From contig CM052817.1 in the NCBI GenBank assembly GCA_028534125.1, positions 57,848,001-57,912,000 of the forward strand: 64,000 nt of DNA, in the 5' to 3' direction. This document shows positions 25,950 through 38,765 of this stretch, one piece after another. The position numbers were made by a program, and so were the translations under genes. Source of the stretch: Lama glama (Eukaryota). The notes under the pieces were generated by a model, which searched no databases, was not told where the DNA came from, and worked only from the letters and a program-made list of their open reading frames with translations. Within the stretch, counting starts at the first letter, position 1, and every line of letters begins with the position of its first letter.

Positions 25950-26605
25950 TCCACAAATCATGCTCCCTAACCAGTGGATTTTCTGTTTAGATTCTGCAAA
26001 ATGAAGACCCTAGAGGCATAGAGGAAGCAGGGGAGAAGGGATGTGATCCATCTTTGACAGCCGTTGTCAGTGTCACCACCCTCCAGCCATCTACCTTCAA
26101 CCCAGCAGCAGCCATCGGTTCTAATCTCTAGCTTCTTTCTTTCCTTCCAGAAGCAATCTCGTTGCTCTTCTCAGGGTTTCCAGGATGAGGAGGGCAGCAC
26201 ACTCTGCTCAGATGTCTAAGGCTCCACAATGTGGGACTCCTGGGCTTCAGAGTTACCAGCACCAGCCACCCAGGCAATGCTCCCTCCTCCTGGATTTGAT
26301 TTCCTCATGGGTCCAGTTGCAGCTCTGAGCTCCCGTGATGCCAGCATCAGCCTGGTGGCACCCTCTCCCCAGGGTGTGAATGCTAATCCTGCTTGAAGAC
26401 TTTAGGTTCTGACAACCCCAACCTTTGCCCTTCGTTGCCCTAATCTTAAGGGTGATACCTCCTTCTTGCCCTTATTAATCTTTGTGTTACCCCATTATTT
26501 CCTTTTTCAGTCCTTCAATACAATTGAACTAATTCTTATTTTAAATTTCCTCTGTTGAAAAACCTACTCCTGTTCCTGTTTTCCTGACTCAAACTTCATT
26601 GATGT
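25950..26605 (+). mobile_element. ERVL LTR remnant (LTR33-like)
   Basis: 3' end ttaaatttcctctgttgaaaaaccta...gttcctgttttcctgact resembles the recalled LTR33 terminus. Confidence 0.55.
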
Positions 26606-29600
26606 GCTGAGTGATTTAGGTAAAACAAAGTTAAGACTATTCTGAACTAATGAAAGTAAAATGACAGGATAGTTTACAAAACTGAATAAACAAAGCTTTT
26701 AGGTTATTGGTCTTATTTAGTCCCTAAAATCATTACTATTAAACATATTAATTAATCAAACGCACAATATTATTCTAGTATTTTTTCAATGTTAGTTTTA
26801 AACATTAAACAAAAAGTAAATTTTAGTTTCTGCCTCAGTGACTGATTTAAAAATTTGAATTAAGAAGATATGAGCAAAAAAAGTGTTATTCTTTTAGAAT
26901 TACACAGTGGAAGGCTCTTTTTATCTAATACAGCACAGTTAAATGACAAGGATAATTTAACTGGAAGTATTTTCTGTAAATCACAGATTAAAAAAACTCA
27001 AGATAGTGTCTTGCCTCTCCCTGCCTATGTGTAAAACAAACAAAAAAATGTATAGATTAAGAACCTATCTGTTTTCCACAGGGAAAAAGAGAAGGGATAA
27101 TAGTTCTTGAACACTATCTTACAGAAGGCAATATTCTCTTTGCTACATTATAGCATTTAATACTCATATTACCTTTTGAGGTATGAATCATCAGTTACTT
27201 TCTTTCGTTTACTTGGAACATAAGGAAATGGAGTTCTTAGGGAGCTTTAAGTGTCAGTCCCAGATTTGAACTTGCTCTCCTGCCTCCAATCCTGGTGCTT
27301 TTTCTACTAACGCGTTTCTAGCCTAGTTGGTACTTAATACAGTCATCACATGAAAGAATCAGTCAAACCTCTAGCAGCCAACATGAGTCCCTTCTCTATT
27401 ACATAACATTTTCCAAATGCAGTTGGTGCTCACACTGTTTATCCCGGGGCAATTTCCTATCTCCCTCCTCTCCTTCCTCCCTTTTCCCCATCTTGCTTCT
27501 CCTCTTCATTCACTTCTCAAATGTTTGTGTTTAAAATCTGTGAAAAGTTCAAAAGTTGTTTTCCTACTGATGCATGGTTATGTTTTTTAAATCATGTAAC
27601 ACATCACTTTTAAATATATATCTGTATGTCTGTCAACTTAGAAATACACATGCTTGTATATAAGTACCTGTATATAAGGTTAGTGATCAGTAGGAATTCA
27701 TAACAACTGTCATAATTTCCTCACCTATGTTAGTTTCCAAAATGGCCAGTCTCACAGTAGATCCCTCTGATTTTTTAATTGGCACACAGTCTAAATTAAA
27801 GTATATGATTATCATCAAGAATACTGAATTAAATTCTCATTTGTGTCTGAACAAGCATTCTGTTTAGTAGCAATTGTTGAGAAAAGTTTTAACTCACACC
27901 CTTCTCAGAAACAGTCAAATATATTAATGCATAGGTCTTATGTTTCTTTGAACTCATTTTAGTAATTAAATAGAGCCATTGCCTGAATTCTTCAGTTGTC
28001 TCACACATTTGTTGTTGTTCTTTAAAACAACAAATTACTTTTTATTATTTGTCGACAAAACACTCAGACTTTAAAAATTCTTGAACTGTGTCTTCAATTT
28101 TAAAAATATTGCAATGTTTTTCACCTGATTTAACATCTTAACTTTCAGAGCTAGCAGGTGTTAAAAATCTCAAAGTGTCAAGAGGAGATTTGATATGCAT
28201 TAACACTCAGTGTTTACTTCAGATATGAACGACTCCCACAGGACAAAGTGTCAGACAGCTTCTATCCAGGGAGGAGGCTGAATTCAGAGGAACCTGAAGT
28301 GAAAATATTGAATTAATAATGCTAGATTTAAAGCTAGGTCTTAAGTGTTCAAAATGACAAATGGCCACTTCCAACAACTTTCTCAGTAAACATGAAATGC
28401 TCACCAGAAAGAAGAATAACATTTCAAGTGGTTAAAGAAGGATATTTTTCCCTCAGAGTAATAACTCTATATAAGACTACTGGCTCAAGACCTTTTGTGA
28501 TGGTGTCATCACCAGGTTAAGGAAGTATTTCTTCCCTTATCTAGAAATACCTTCTTCCCAGAGCCCCACATCCAATTGACACTGACCATACAGTAGATTA
28601 TGCTCTTAGGATTAGGAGCAGTCCAGACCCATTTATCAACCAACCTTCAAAATGTGCACTCTACTGGAAAGCTTTATGGTGCTTTAGGTAACATAAGCAC
28701 ATGGTTGGAATAGCTAAACTGTGGCCACTCCGGTTAAATTCAATAAATATTATTACCAACTGTAGCTGTCAGAAAATTCTTACAGGACCTAAAATGATAA
28801 TGTTTACAAAGTTCTGTTTCATTTCAGCAAAGCAATACAATATAGCAACAACATTAAAGAAAGTATATTCATCAGAGCCAAAGACTGTCTTCCAGTAAGG
28901 GGACCAGAGAGGTCAAGAGTGGGTTCCTACTATCCTCCCTGCCTAAGGGCTATCTGCTTCCTCTCTTGCATTAGGAGCAATCTATCCATGCACAGAACTC
29001 CTCTGAACCAGGGACTGTGAATGGAGTCCAGGTCAAATTTCTTAGACTCTGCTGTTCATGTAGGTATATTTGTGTTATGTAACCATCCCTAATGACATAA
29101 CTCTCCAGGGAACTCACTGAAGCTAGGTGGAAATCACTGAGCTCACAGGTATTGACAAACAGTACCGACAAGGTTATACAATCCCCTCCAGTCCTCCTCC
29201 CCTGAAATTTACCTCAGACTCGTGGTTACAGAGCAATGCTGTTCACCAGGTGTCAGAGATGTGCAGATACATCTCTTACTCTAGTTCAACAATTAAGGCC
29301 AATTCCAGGGCTGCTGGAATTTGCCGTTATGGAACAAAGTGTCTATAAAAAAATTTATGAAGTTTAGTGACTCTCATGCTCGCTGTGTATGCTCACTGCT
29401 TCAGGGGAGAGGAGCCAACACCTAACCTCTCTGGACCCCTAGTTGGGAGACAGTCTTTGGCTTTGGATGATTTACTAATTTTAATATAGTTACTATATTG
29501 TGTCACTTCCCTGAAATAAAACACAAATTTGTGAACATTATCATTTTGGGTCCTCTAAGTTTTCTGTAGCAATTAAACCCTAACTGCCACCATTAATGCC

Positions 29601-30859
29601 CACTCTTAAATTATACTGTGTAGATAGTTTCTTATTTTGCCTATTCATAGATTCAATCCTCATCATAAATAAAATCAAGCATAACTTCAAAATGAGGCTT
29701 TTAGAGCATAACCTCATGCCTTTCTTACCGCAACTACTGCCATGTCCACCATCCTTACAAATTATACTACAACCATTAAAAAGACAGTAACTTGGAGTTC
29801 CCAGAACATGCAATGAATTTCCTTGAACCTATACCTAAGCCCAAATTCTTCATTAGTCTGAAGTTTGTTTTCTTCTCCTGTGAAAGCTGCCCGACCATTT
29901 CCTTTCCATTCACACCTCAAAGCAGTGACTGCTTTGCCCACAGCCTCCTCCCACAAACCACTTTCTGCCCCTTTCTAGTCACACCCTGGCCTTATGAAAT
30001 TGGATTAGGAGTGGATTCATGACACCTGTTCAGCTACTAAGCATTTTTCTTCAGGGAATTTTAGAGAGAGAACAACTGGCTAGTCATTTGTCTTTGGGGA
30101 ACTGAACTGTAAAGTCGGTCTAAATTTTCTGTTGAGGTAGCCATGATTAGCCCTGGCCAAGGAGACTGAGTAAGCAAAGAGCCACCTTACAGAGAGAGAA
30201 GTGAGGAATCAAAGTAAAATCATGTGGCCCCAGAGAGGGAATGAGTGAGTGAGAACAGCTGCCCAGTGACTTTTCCAAATTCATAGACCTGCTTATGCTT
30301 CCCAGAATTAAGCTATACAGTATTAGCCTGCATACCTAAGTTCCATTTTACATAGGGTAGTCAGAATGGATTATTAAAAAGATATTTTTAGCATAAACAC
30401 CACAATCTTCTTAAAGGATTCCTATTCATTCTTGAAAACCCAACTCAGGCTTGACTTTTGTTGGGAAGCTTCTTCTGATTTGCACAACTCCTTTCCTCTT
30501 GTTTTCTCTATTGTTAATGACCCCCTCCTCAGTATTATCCTGTGCAGATTGTGTCTGCTTATACTTTCATACAAAATCATATAGAACATGGCATTTGATA
30601 GCTATTCAACAAGTTGTTGAGTGTGACTTTCCCTTATTCCCAAAATTTTGTCAAAGACCCCAAACTGAGGAATGAACAGTGCAAGCATTCACCTTCTAAA
30701 GAGAATCACCAACAATTGAGATCAGACATTTTTTTCAAGAATTCACTTAAAGACAAAACTACTTCTTTTAATTCTATACCATTGAGACAAGGATATATCT
30801 GGATAGTTAAATTGGAGCTTCATCCAAGAAAATCACTCACGAAGATGCCCAGAACCAGA

Positions 30860-31640
30860 AACTGAGTCTATTGCCCTAGTTGGATGGTTGCTGAGCTGCA
30901 GGACCTACAGATGTGCCTGGCGTGGTCAACAAAATTGAGTTTTGACATGGATCCTTTTGAGTCAGAAGGGGGATAGAGACATAATGACTGGGGCCAGCTT
31001 CTTATTCAGAGATTTCTACTTGTGGAAACCACATGTCACCGGAAGTCCCTGAAGGGACAGTGATGGTGTGTGCCTGAGGGGACCTGGATGAGCCTCTCTC
31101 CCCTGCAGGTCCCTGCAGTCCCGGGGCCTGTGAGGTACCGCTCCAACACCTCCTGCACCTCCAGGGAAGGAGCACAGAGGCTGCAAGAGGAAGCTGTATG
31201 GCACTTCAGACAGTCCCCAGTGAGGCACCTGGAGTAGGGCTACAATGTGCAAACCTCTGGTGAGAGATGACACTTCTCCATAAGGAACATGAGGCCAGGA
31301 GAAAGTGATACTGCCCACAAACACCACACAGAGAGCCACGTATCAGCAAAGACGACCACTAACCGATAGAGTCAGAAGCAAGCAAGTGGGCCAGGAGTGT
31401 GCTCACACCACATACAGGTAATCAGTGCCTAAATTCACCTCTGCCTACTCCAGAGTCGGGGGTGGGGTGGGAGTGTCTCTGGAGACACCAACTCCCTCTT
31501 CTCTCTACAGGTCTTTGGAGCTACAGGTGTGGCCTAATGGTAGGGAAGAGGAAGTTTGAATTGGTTATGCTACTGAAGCTTTAATATCTCTTGGGCTAAA
31601 TTTAATCATTGAAATGTGTCATAAAGTTACCATTTCTACC
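30860..31640. mobile_element. Possible ancient LTR remnant (family not assigned)
   Basis: GC-elevated, CpG-poor block with LTR-like texture; no firm consensus match. Confidence 0.3.
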
Positions 31641-31718
31641 CAAATTACTTTAAAGTTCAGAAAGAGAAAGTGAACATAGTACAGTTAAAGGCAATAAAGA
31701 ACACTGTAAAAGCTTTAC

Positions 31719-31840
31719 TTTTTAACTTAATTTTTTAAATTCTTTTTTTGTTTTGTTGTGGGGGTTTTTTGAGGGGTGGGGTAGGTAATTAGGGTTATTT
31801 ATTTACTTAATGGATGTACTGCGGATTGAGCCTGGGGTCT
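31719..31840 (-). mobile_element. 5'-truncated camelid Vic-1 type SINE
   Basis: Reverse strand ccaggctcaatccgcagtacatccattaagtaaataaataaccctaattacctacccc then A-rich tail; duplication tgtaaaagctt at 31705-31715 and 31841-31851. Confidence 0.8.
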
Positions 31841-32129
31841 TGTAAAAGCTTCACATTTATATCCAACCAAGGTGTGGTTGCTCCATCAAGGGGCTACCTC
31901 GGTTGACATGTTTGCCTTGCCCTCTGGAGCCAAGAGTCCTTGAGGCAGAGCTTGGACCATTCAGGTCAGGATTCATAGTTCCTCACCAGAACCCCAAAAC
32001 TAGAAGAACCAACTATAATAAATGTGGGATGTAACTGAATAAACATTTACACATTATGCCAAGGTTTTGTCTAAGGTATTACTGAACTCAGGTATGTAAA
32101 TCTGAATATACTTCTTCGCAATCCTTCCA

Positions 32130-32700
32130 TTTTCTAGAGTGGGCTATAACATTTGTGACTGTTGATAAGCCTCTATACTCTGAAATCCTCCAGCCCTAAG
32201 TTTCTACAACACGGTTCTTTTCTGATTTTTTTTCCTACCTCTGTATTGCTTCTTAGTCTCCTTTAGAGACTCCCCTTTCTCTGTCTATTTATTACTTCTC
32301 TAATATTTGCTTCTCATCCTGATCTTCTTATTTTGGTGAATGGCAATGGACACCAAAGACTAAACTCTCCAGAATAAAAATCTGTAACTTCTCATATGAT
32401 CATCTCTTTCTTCATCTTTCATGCCCAATTAGTCAGTAAGTCCTTCAAATCTATGCCCATAGTATTTGAGACATCATTGAATCTCTCCCCATTTTTCCAC
32501 AGTGGAGTCTCCACTTGCACCCTGTTTTACTTTTCTGGATCTCTGAAATAATTTTTGTGGCCCAAGGGCAAGTATCTCCCTCCTTCAGTATGTTCTCCAA
32601 AGGGATCAGGCTGATCTTTCTGAATTTCTGTAATTCTCATGCCCTTCTCTCTAATGATGGTCACCAGAGACTGACCACTGTTTATAGTGACTGGCCAATA
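32130..32700 (+). mobile_element. L2 LINE fragment
   Basis: Pyrimidine-rich decayed sequence with L2-like motifs (tcagtaagtcct, tgatctttctgaa). Confidence 0.5.
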
Positions 32701-32704
32701 ATCC

Positions 32705-33204
32705 NNNNNNNNNNNNNNNNNNNNNNNNNNNNNNNNNNNNNNNNNNNNNNNNNNNNNNNNNNNNNNNNNNNNNNNNNNNNNNNNNNNNNNNNNNNNNNNN
32801 NNNNNNNNNNNNNNNNNNNNNNNNNNNNNNNNNNNNNNNNNNNNNNNNNNNNNNNNNNNNNNNNNNNNNNNNNNNNNNNNNNNNNNNNNNNNNNNNNNNN
32901 NNNNNNNNNNNNNNNNNNNNNNNNNNNNNNNNNNNNNNNNNNNNNNNNNNNNNNNNNNNNNNNNNNNNNNNNNNNNNNNNNNNNNNNNNNNNNNNNNNNN
33001 NNNNNNNNNNNNNNNNNNNNNNNNNNNNNNNNNNNNNNNNNNNNNNNNNNNNNNNNNNNNNNNNNNNNNNNNNNNNNNNNNNNNNNNNNNNNNNNNNNNN
33101 NNNNNNNNNNNNNNNNNNNNNNNNNNNNNNNNNNNNNNNNNNNNNNNNNNNNNNNNNNNNNNNNNNNNNNNNNNNNNNNNNNNNNNNNNNNNNNNNNNNN
33201 NNNN
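32705..33204. other. Assembly gap (500 N)
   Basis: Run of exactly 500 N. Confidence 1.
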
Positions 33205-33729
33205 ATAGAAGGTCAAAACCACATGACAATACCCAGTAATCTAAGGATGATACATATAAATACATGAATAACAAAATTTTAATTTTCAATGAAACTATTC
33301 AAAATTTGATAAATCTCCCTAAATGTCTATTCAATGCCAAACATGGTGTTGAATATTAGAAGTACAAATATATTTAAGACACAATCTATGATTTTGATGC
33401 ACTCAGATTTTACAGCAGACAAATTAGGGTGTGAGATCAATCTTGTCTCTCCTAATAGAAGGATTCATACTATGAATGAAGACTGTTATGTAAAAAATAT
33501 ACAATTCAAACTAAATAATGAAGGCAATGAAAAGGATACTCATATAATTTATTATGCAAACCAGGCACTTGTGAGAGCAAAAGGAGGCACTAGAATAATT
33601 ACATGAGGACAGCAGGTAAGCTGTCTACATTTGGACAAACATTCGGAATGTATGTTCATTCTAATGATGGGAGAATGATAAAGAGCTCAAACAACGGAGA
33701 AATGTCATCCGATTCATTTTGTCTTCATT

Positions 33730-34070
33730 TCCGATTTCATTTGTCAGTGTCATCTGATTCATTTTGCTTAAAGCGAGCATGCTCTAATGTTATCCTGTAG
33801 ATGTTTGGAGGGGATGAAAAGTACATTCAGGGAAACCGATTAGGAAGTTGTGATAATTATCTACAAAGAAATTATGGGAGCTAAGGAGAAGGCACTGACA
33901 CCGGAATTGTAAAGAGAGAAAACGGACAAGAAACTTAGGAGACGCAACGGATATGGTATAAGCATAGTCTGGATGTGAGAACCGAAGGAGAGAAGAAGTC
34001 AGATGGCTTTCTGACCTCTGTGTGGGAAGTCTGTGAGGAAGTTAGGGCCTCCAACAAGAAAATGGCTTCA
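33730..34070 (-). mobile_element. L2 LINE fragment
   Basis: Purine-rich gattaggaag...ctggatgtgag...gaaggagagaagaagtcagatg, typical of antisense L2. Confidence 0.55.
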
Positions 34071-35212
34071 AGATATATTTGGTAATGTTTTTAAGTTAAT
34101 GAACTTTTTATTTAAAAGAGTAAATGAGACAAATCTACTTTGCTATTGAAAATGTGAAAATGTGATCTGTACTCATTTGAATAAAGCGTGCTATTTATGT
34201 TCTACAATGTGAATATTTATTGCCTTTTGAAAACATACTTAGCAGCTTTTAAATATATGTAAATTTTATCATTTCCTCTTAAAAACCTTTCCTGACCTGT
34301 GAAATTGACCTTAGTATTCACACATCACTGTGCACACTGTTCTGTTACTATACCTATGACTATTTGGGTCCGCACTCTTCCAATGCAGGAAACATACGCC
34401 GTTATTCTTTCTACCCAGTGCTTTTTCAAATGCCCAGAAGGCATTAGAGACTCAATAAATGTGACTTCAAGTGAGCACTGTGTATACACTATTTTTATAG
34501 GAAAAGACATTTCAAAGTTTTAAATTAGCATGCTGGCTGGAGTACATGGTGTGCCTGTTTTTTCCCATTTACTTGTTGGGGGCAAATACCTACTAGCAAT
34601 CTAATGTCAGAGGCATTCATTTAAAAATTATATAATATAAGGTAGGGGTAACTAATTTAAAAAGAAATAGAGCAAAAGAATGGATTGGAGAATTCCTAAA
34701 TAGAACAGACAAACTAAAGATGTGAAAATGTGAAGAAATACTGTTCTAGGGAGAAAGAACTGTGTGAACACAGAGCTACCACTGCTAAGACAGAGAATCT
34801 TCCATTTCTTTCAGAGACTTTGTCTTTGGGATAATGGCACCCAGAGCTTCTCTGAGTTCTCCAGTAGCAATCAAAGCTCCAGTCATTTGGACTGCGGAAG
34901 AGAAGAGGACTGTGTCAGTGAGCATATTTGGATGAAAGTATAAAGCAGAGCAGGGCTCTCAGGAAGAGAGTTATGTGAAGACAGGAAGGAGACTGGGGTG
35001 CAGGGCAGGGGGGCGGGTGAGAAGAGAGACATATGGGTAGAAAATAGGCCAATTCTGGGTGTACAGTACAGTAAGGTTCGGGGATAGATCTGATTTCTCT
35101 AAGCAGAAATATTTAAAGATGAAGTAAATATTTATTGATGTCAAATTTCTTTTTTTTCTCTACATGATGCTAAATAAAGTGTTTTGGTTAGTTTTTCTCT
35201 AACTATAGTAAA

Positions 35213-35325
35213 TAAGTGGTTTTCAGTCAGCCTGGGGTAAGACCAAAGAATATGCATCTGTAACTGATTCCCCAGGTGGTGCTGATCCTTCAGGCCCAGG
35301 AAGCACACCTGGAGAACCACTGAAC
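35213..35325. mobile_element. MER5A-like MITE fragment
   Basis: aagaatatgcatctgtaac...cccaggtggtgctgat...cacacctggagaaccactg. Confidence 0.75.
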
Positions 35326-35539
35326 TAAGCTGACAGATGTCCAAGTGGCTGATGTCAAGGAAGCACAAGCTAAAGTAAATGTCAGTTGCACTACTTTAAT
35401 TTCAATTTTTCTAGCACTTCAGACTATTTTATGAAAATTAGTGTTTCCTGATATTAATCTTGTAAATATGTAAGTTATAAATGTATGATGATTGCATCAC
35501 TCAAGTGAAAGTAAAGATCACAAACATCAATAGGAAGGA

Positions 35540-35735
35540 AGTGTTTATTGATGTCCTATTACGGCTCAGGCAGTGACCGCAGCACTTTATAAATTAATTA
35601 ACCTCACTCAATCCTCTGTACTGTGTTGGGTATTAATAATGATATTCAGTTTGCAGATAAGGAAACAGAATTACAAAGCCATAGATTAGGGTGAAGGACC
35701 CTGGCTGGGCTGATCCAGAGTCTTGTTCTCTTCCA
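35540..35735 (-). mobile_element. MIR SINE
   Basis: tttattga...ttaacctcactcaatcctc...ttgcagataaggaaacaga. Confidence 0.7.
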
Positions 35736-36733
35736 CACACTCTTCTGTTCTGCGTTAGACAATGAAGACGACAATGTATTCACAACGGGCTCATGGACAG
35801 AACCAGGAGCTACTGCTCCTCTTTTTCTAGCACTAATGTTCGCTGCTTCGAAATATCATGGGGGTTTTGGCAGTATCACAGTGTTACCGCGTGTTGTTAG
35901 TCCAATAAAAAGCACATTAAGTTGCTACGAGTATTTATATATTTAAACAGCACTGTGTATTTTACTCTTACAGTCCACAGTTTGTTCCCTAGACAACAAT
36001 AGAGCCTCCTGTAACTTAGTTTATAGGGTTTGTGGAAAGATCTCAAGTGGAGAAGCAGGGAGCATTATCTCAGGAATGCATGACAATGTTCCCAGCTCCA
36101 GTTTGAAGGCTAACTGCCTCTCAGAAGTCAGGGGAGGTTTGCGGCTGAAATCAGTCATAAACCAGAGATTATTTAAAGCAGAGAAGAAGAGCTAGCCTTT
36201 TGCAGGTGGTTTTCAGTGAGGTATCTTTTCAAATCATCACACTCTATGTTGACATAGGAAGTGAACATGTTTGACTGAGGTATTTGTACCTTCAAAAGGA
36301 CATCAAGGGAGCTAAAAATCATGATTTAAGTAAGCCAGTTGTTTAGGCATTATTCATAAGATGATCAGAAGAGAACAAGGATTGGAAAGTAGGGAGGATG
36401 TCAGAAACACTCTTCATCACACATAAACAGCTTTGAGATTCACTTTGGGTTATTGAGACCGACATGTTAGCGGGTACAAGTGAAAGAGTATGAGCTTCCT
36501 AAATTTCATTTTTGTGGCTGAAGGAAAAGGTAGCCATCTCTATTGTAATGGTCAAATGGTTTTCCCACATTTCTTGGGTTTCTTTCTATAAGGAGAGATT
36601 ACCCCTAAACTTTCCTGAATTCTTCCCCTAATGCTTTCTCTGGTCCAGGGGAGATGGCTAAAACTGGGGAAAATGTATTATTAGGTTTGTCTCAACTTTT
36701 CCTCAAGAAAAGAAACTTTCTTTTCACTTGGGA

Positions 36734-37477
36734 TGTTACAACAGGCAGATAGCTAAATATGAGCAGAGAAAGGGAGATGCAAGCCAAACGGAGGAATTGG
36801 GCAAAAAGGAGGGGCTTGGGCCAAATGCAGGGAACCATACATCTTACAAGCACCAGGGGTCCCTGGGCAGAGAAAGAAAAGCAGGGACCTCTGGGCTGAT
36901 AAGTGGTCACACTTTGGGGGGTGACAAGTGACCTAGAGGCTGACAAAGGAAGTTGAGAAAAGGCAGGAATCTCCAGTGTCCGAATATAATCTCTTGCTTA
37001 TTATGCCCTCATTTCAGTAAAGTCAGCCTTGCATATTAGAAGTACCCAACATGCACCGATGCCATGACACTTCTGATTCAGACTAAATAAGGACAAAAAT
37101 CCCTCCTCCCTTCAGGAAGGTGGAGTTAGGATGAAAATTAGGGAATATGACTCCAAACCCTTCCCTCCTCAATGAATATTCTGCCCATTCATTTTTACAC
37201 CCTATGTAACCAACTTGCCAAAGAAACTCAGGGCACCTGCTCACCTGCGCCTGCCCACTCTCCCCTTAAGAATGTACTCTCCATCCCTTAATAATTCCCC
37301 ACTTTACTTTCTTAACCTCCATGTCCTGCCTCTGAATTCTTTCTGGGATGGGAAAAGAACCAGGACACTGGCTACAGGAGAAAGATTTTTAAAGTTTTTA
37401 AAGTTTTTTAGAGCAGGCAGATAGCTAGATATGAGCAGAGAAAAGGAGATGGCTACAGGGGCTGGATACCAGCTACA
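36734..37477 (+). mobile_element. ERV1-class solo LTR (5' end resembles MER50/MER4-group)
   Basis: TG...CA termini (tgttacaacaggcagatagcta...ccagctaca), TATA-like ccctatgtaa, polyA-like ttaataat, imperfect flanks tggga/gggga. Confidence 0.75.
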
Positions 37478-38365
37478 GGGGAAGTCTATTTAAAGTTTCT
37501 AAAAATTACTTCACGACGAACTCTGTACCCCTAACCCTGCCACACTTTGAGTGCCTCCCTCAAAATTTTCTAAATTCTTCTCCCTCCAGGGCTGGGAACT
37601 GTCAAATCAGCAGAGCTTTCCAGAAGGGGCACTTACAACCTAGAAAAGGATATTATTAGCTTGTCCCTTCTTCCTCTCCAACCCTCTAGTCCTGGTCCGT
37701 GTGGAGTTGACCAGATGCTCCTAAAAATCCTGGGGCTCACTTTTACAGCTTGGTTCTGGAGCCCTATGGTCAAGACAGGTCCAGGAGGGCACTCTACCCA
37801 ATGGATCACTTCCTACTTGCTGGAGAAGTATTTCTTTAGTGAGACTGTGCACAACTGGGCAGTCAGGATCTTGCTGATATGCCTACTCAGGTGACCCACT
37901 CATACTGGACATAGGTCCAGTTCAAGGCTGTGGGCTAGCAACCAACTATGGCTAGTACTTGGGGCTTGCACCATGTGTCTGAGCTCTTGTAAGCACTCTC
38001 ACCTATTCGTGTTTCCTTCAGGATGCCATCTCTGGTCTATAGCACTAGGAGAGGCAGAAGTGCTGGAAGGCATCCTTTGCCCTGTGTGTCCTACAGCCAC
38101 TGGGTCACTCACTGCAGGCTCCATGCCACCCATCAGCCATACCTACAGGGTAGCTGCACCTACCTCCGCTGAGGGCTTTTAAGACATTTACTCTACATCG
38201 CCTATGGGTCTCTCTGATGTTCTCCCTTGCTTCTCCTCAATATAATGAAGTCATGTTCTCATGGTCTTAAATGAAGCTAGAATTGAGAATAGACATTTCT
38301 GTACAAACGTGACTGCTGTTCTTGCTCTATCCAGGCCCCTCTCCAATCCTCCCCTCCAGCAGTGG

Positions 38366-38765
38366 TGTTTTGACTGAAAAAAAGATGCACAACCTAGAAA
38401 CTGAGAATTAAGTTTTATTCTGAGGACTTAAGCCCAGGAGGCAGCCTCTCGGATATCTCTGAGGGACTGCTTGAAGGAGGTAAGGGAGGAGCCAGGATAT
38501 ACAGAAGTTTTTGCAACAAAATCAACATAATCAGGACCTCAAAAGATTACTGTTAATTAAAGAAATGAGACTTCTCAAGTTAATGAATTCTTTGTGTGGG
38601 AAGATACGAGGGTCTGGGCACATTGAAATCATGCTTTTGATATACACCTTAACTATCTAGGGCCTGAATGGCTTCTTGAATCCTCTCAGGGTGCACCTTT
38701 GGGATGGCTTGGTGGCTACAACATCCTTTGTCTGCTGATATGGCAGGTGACCTGTTTCGTTTACA
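38366..38765 (-). mobile_element. ERV1 solo LTR, cetartiodactyl MER41-like
   Basis: ttgactgaaaaaaagatgcacaacct...gttttatt...gcagcctctcggatatctctgagggactgct...gggaggagccaggatata matches recalled reverse-strand MER41-type LTR; AATAAA and TATA on the minus strand. Confidence 0.8.

Noticed and set aside
32515..33289. ORFs of 212-250 aa
   Set aside because: Artefacts of reading through the 500-N gap.
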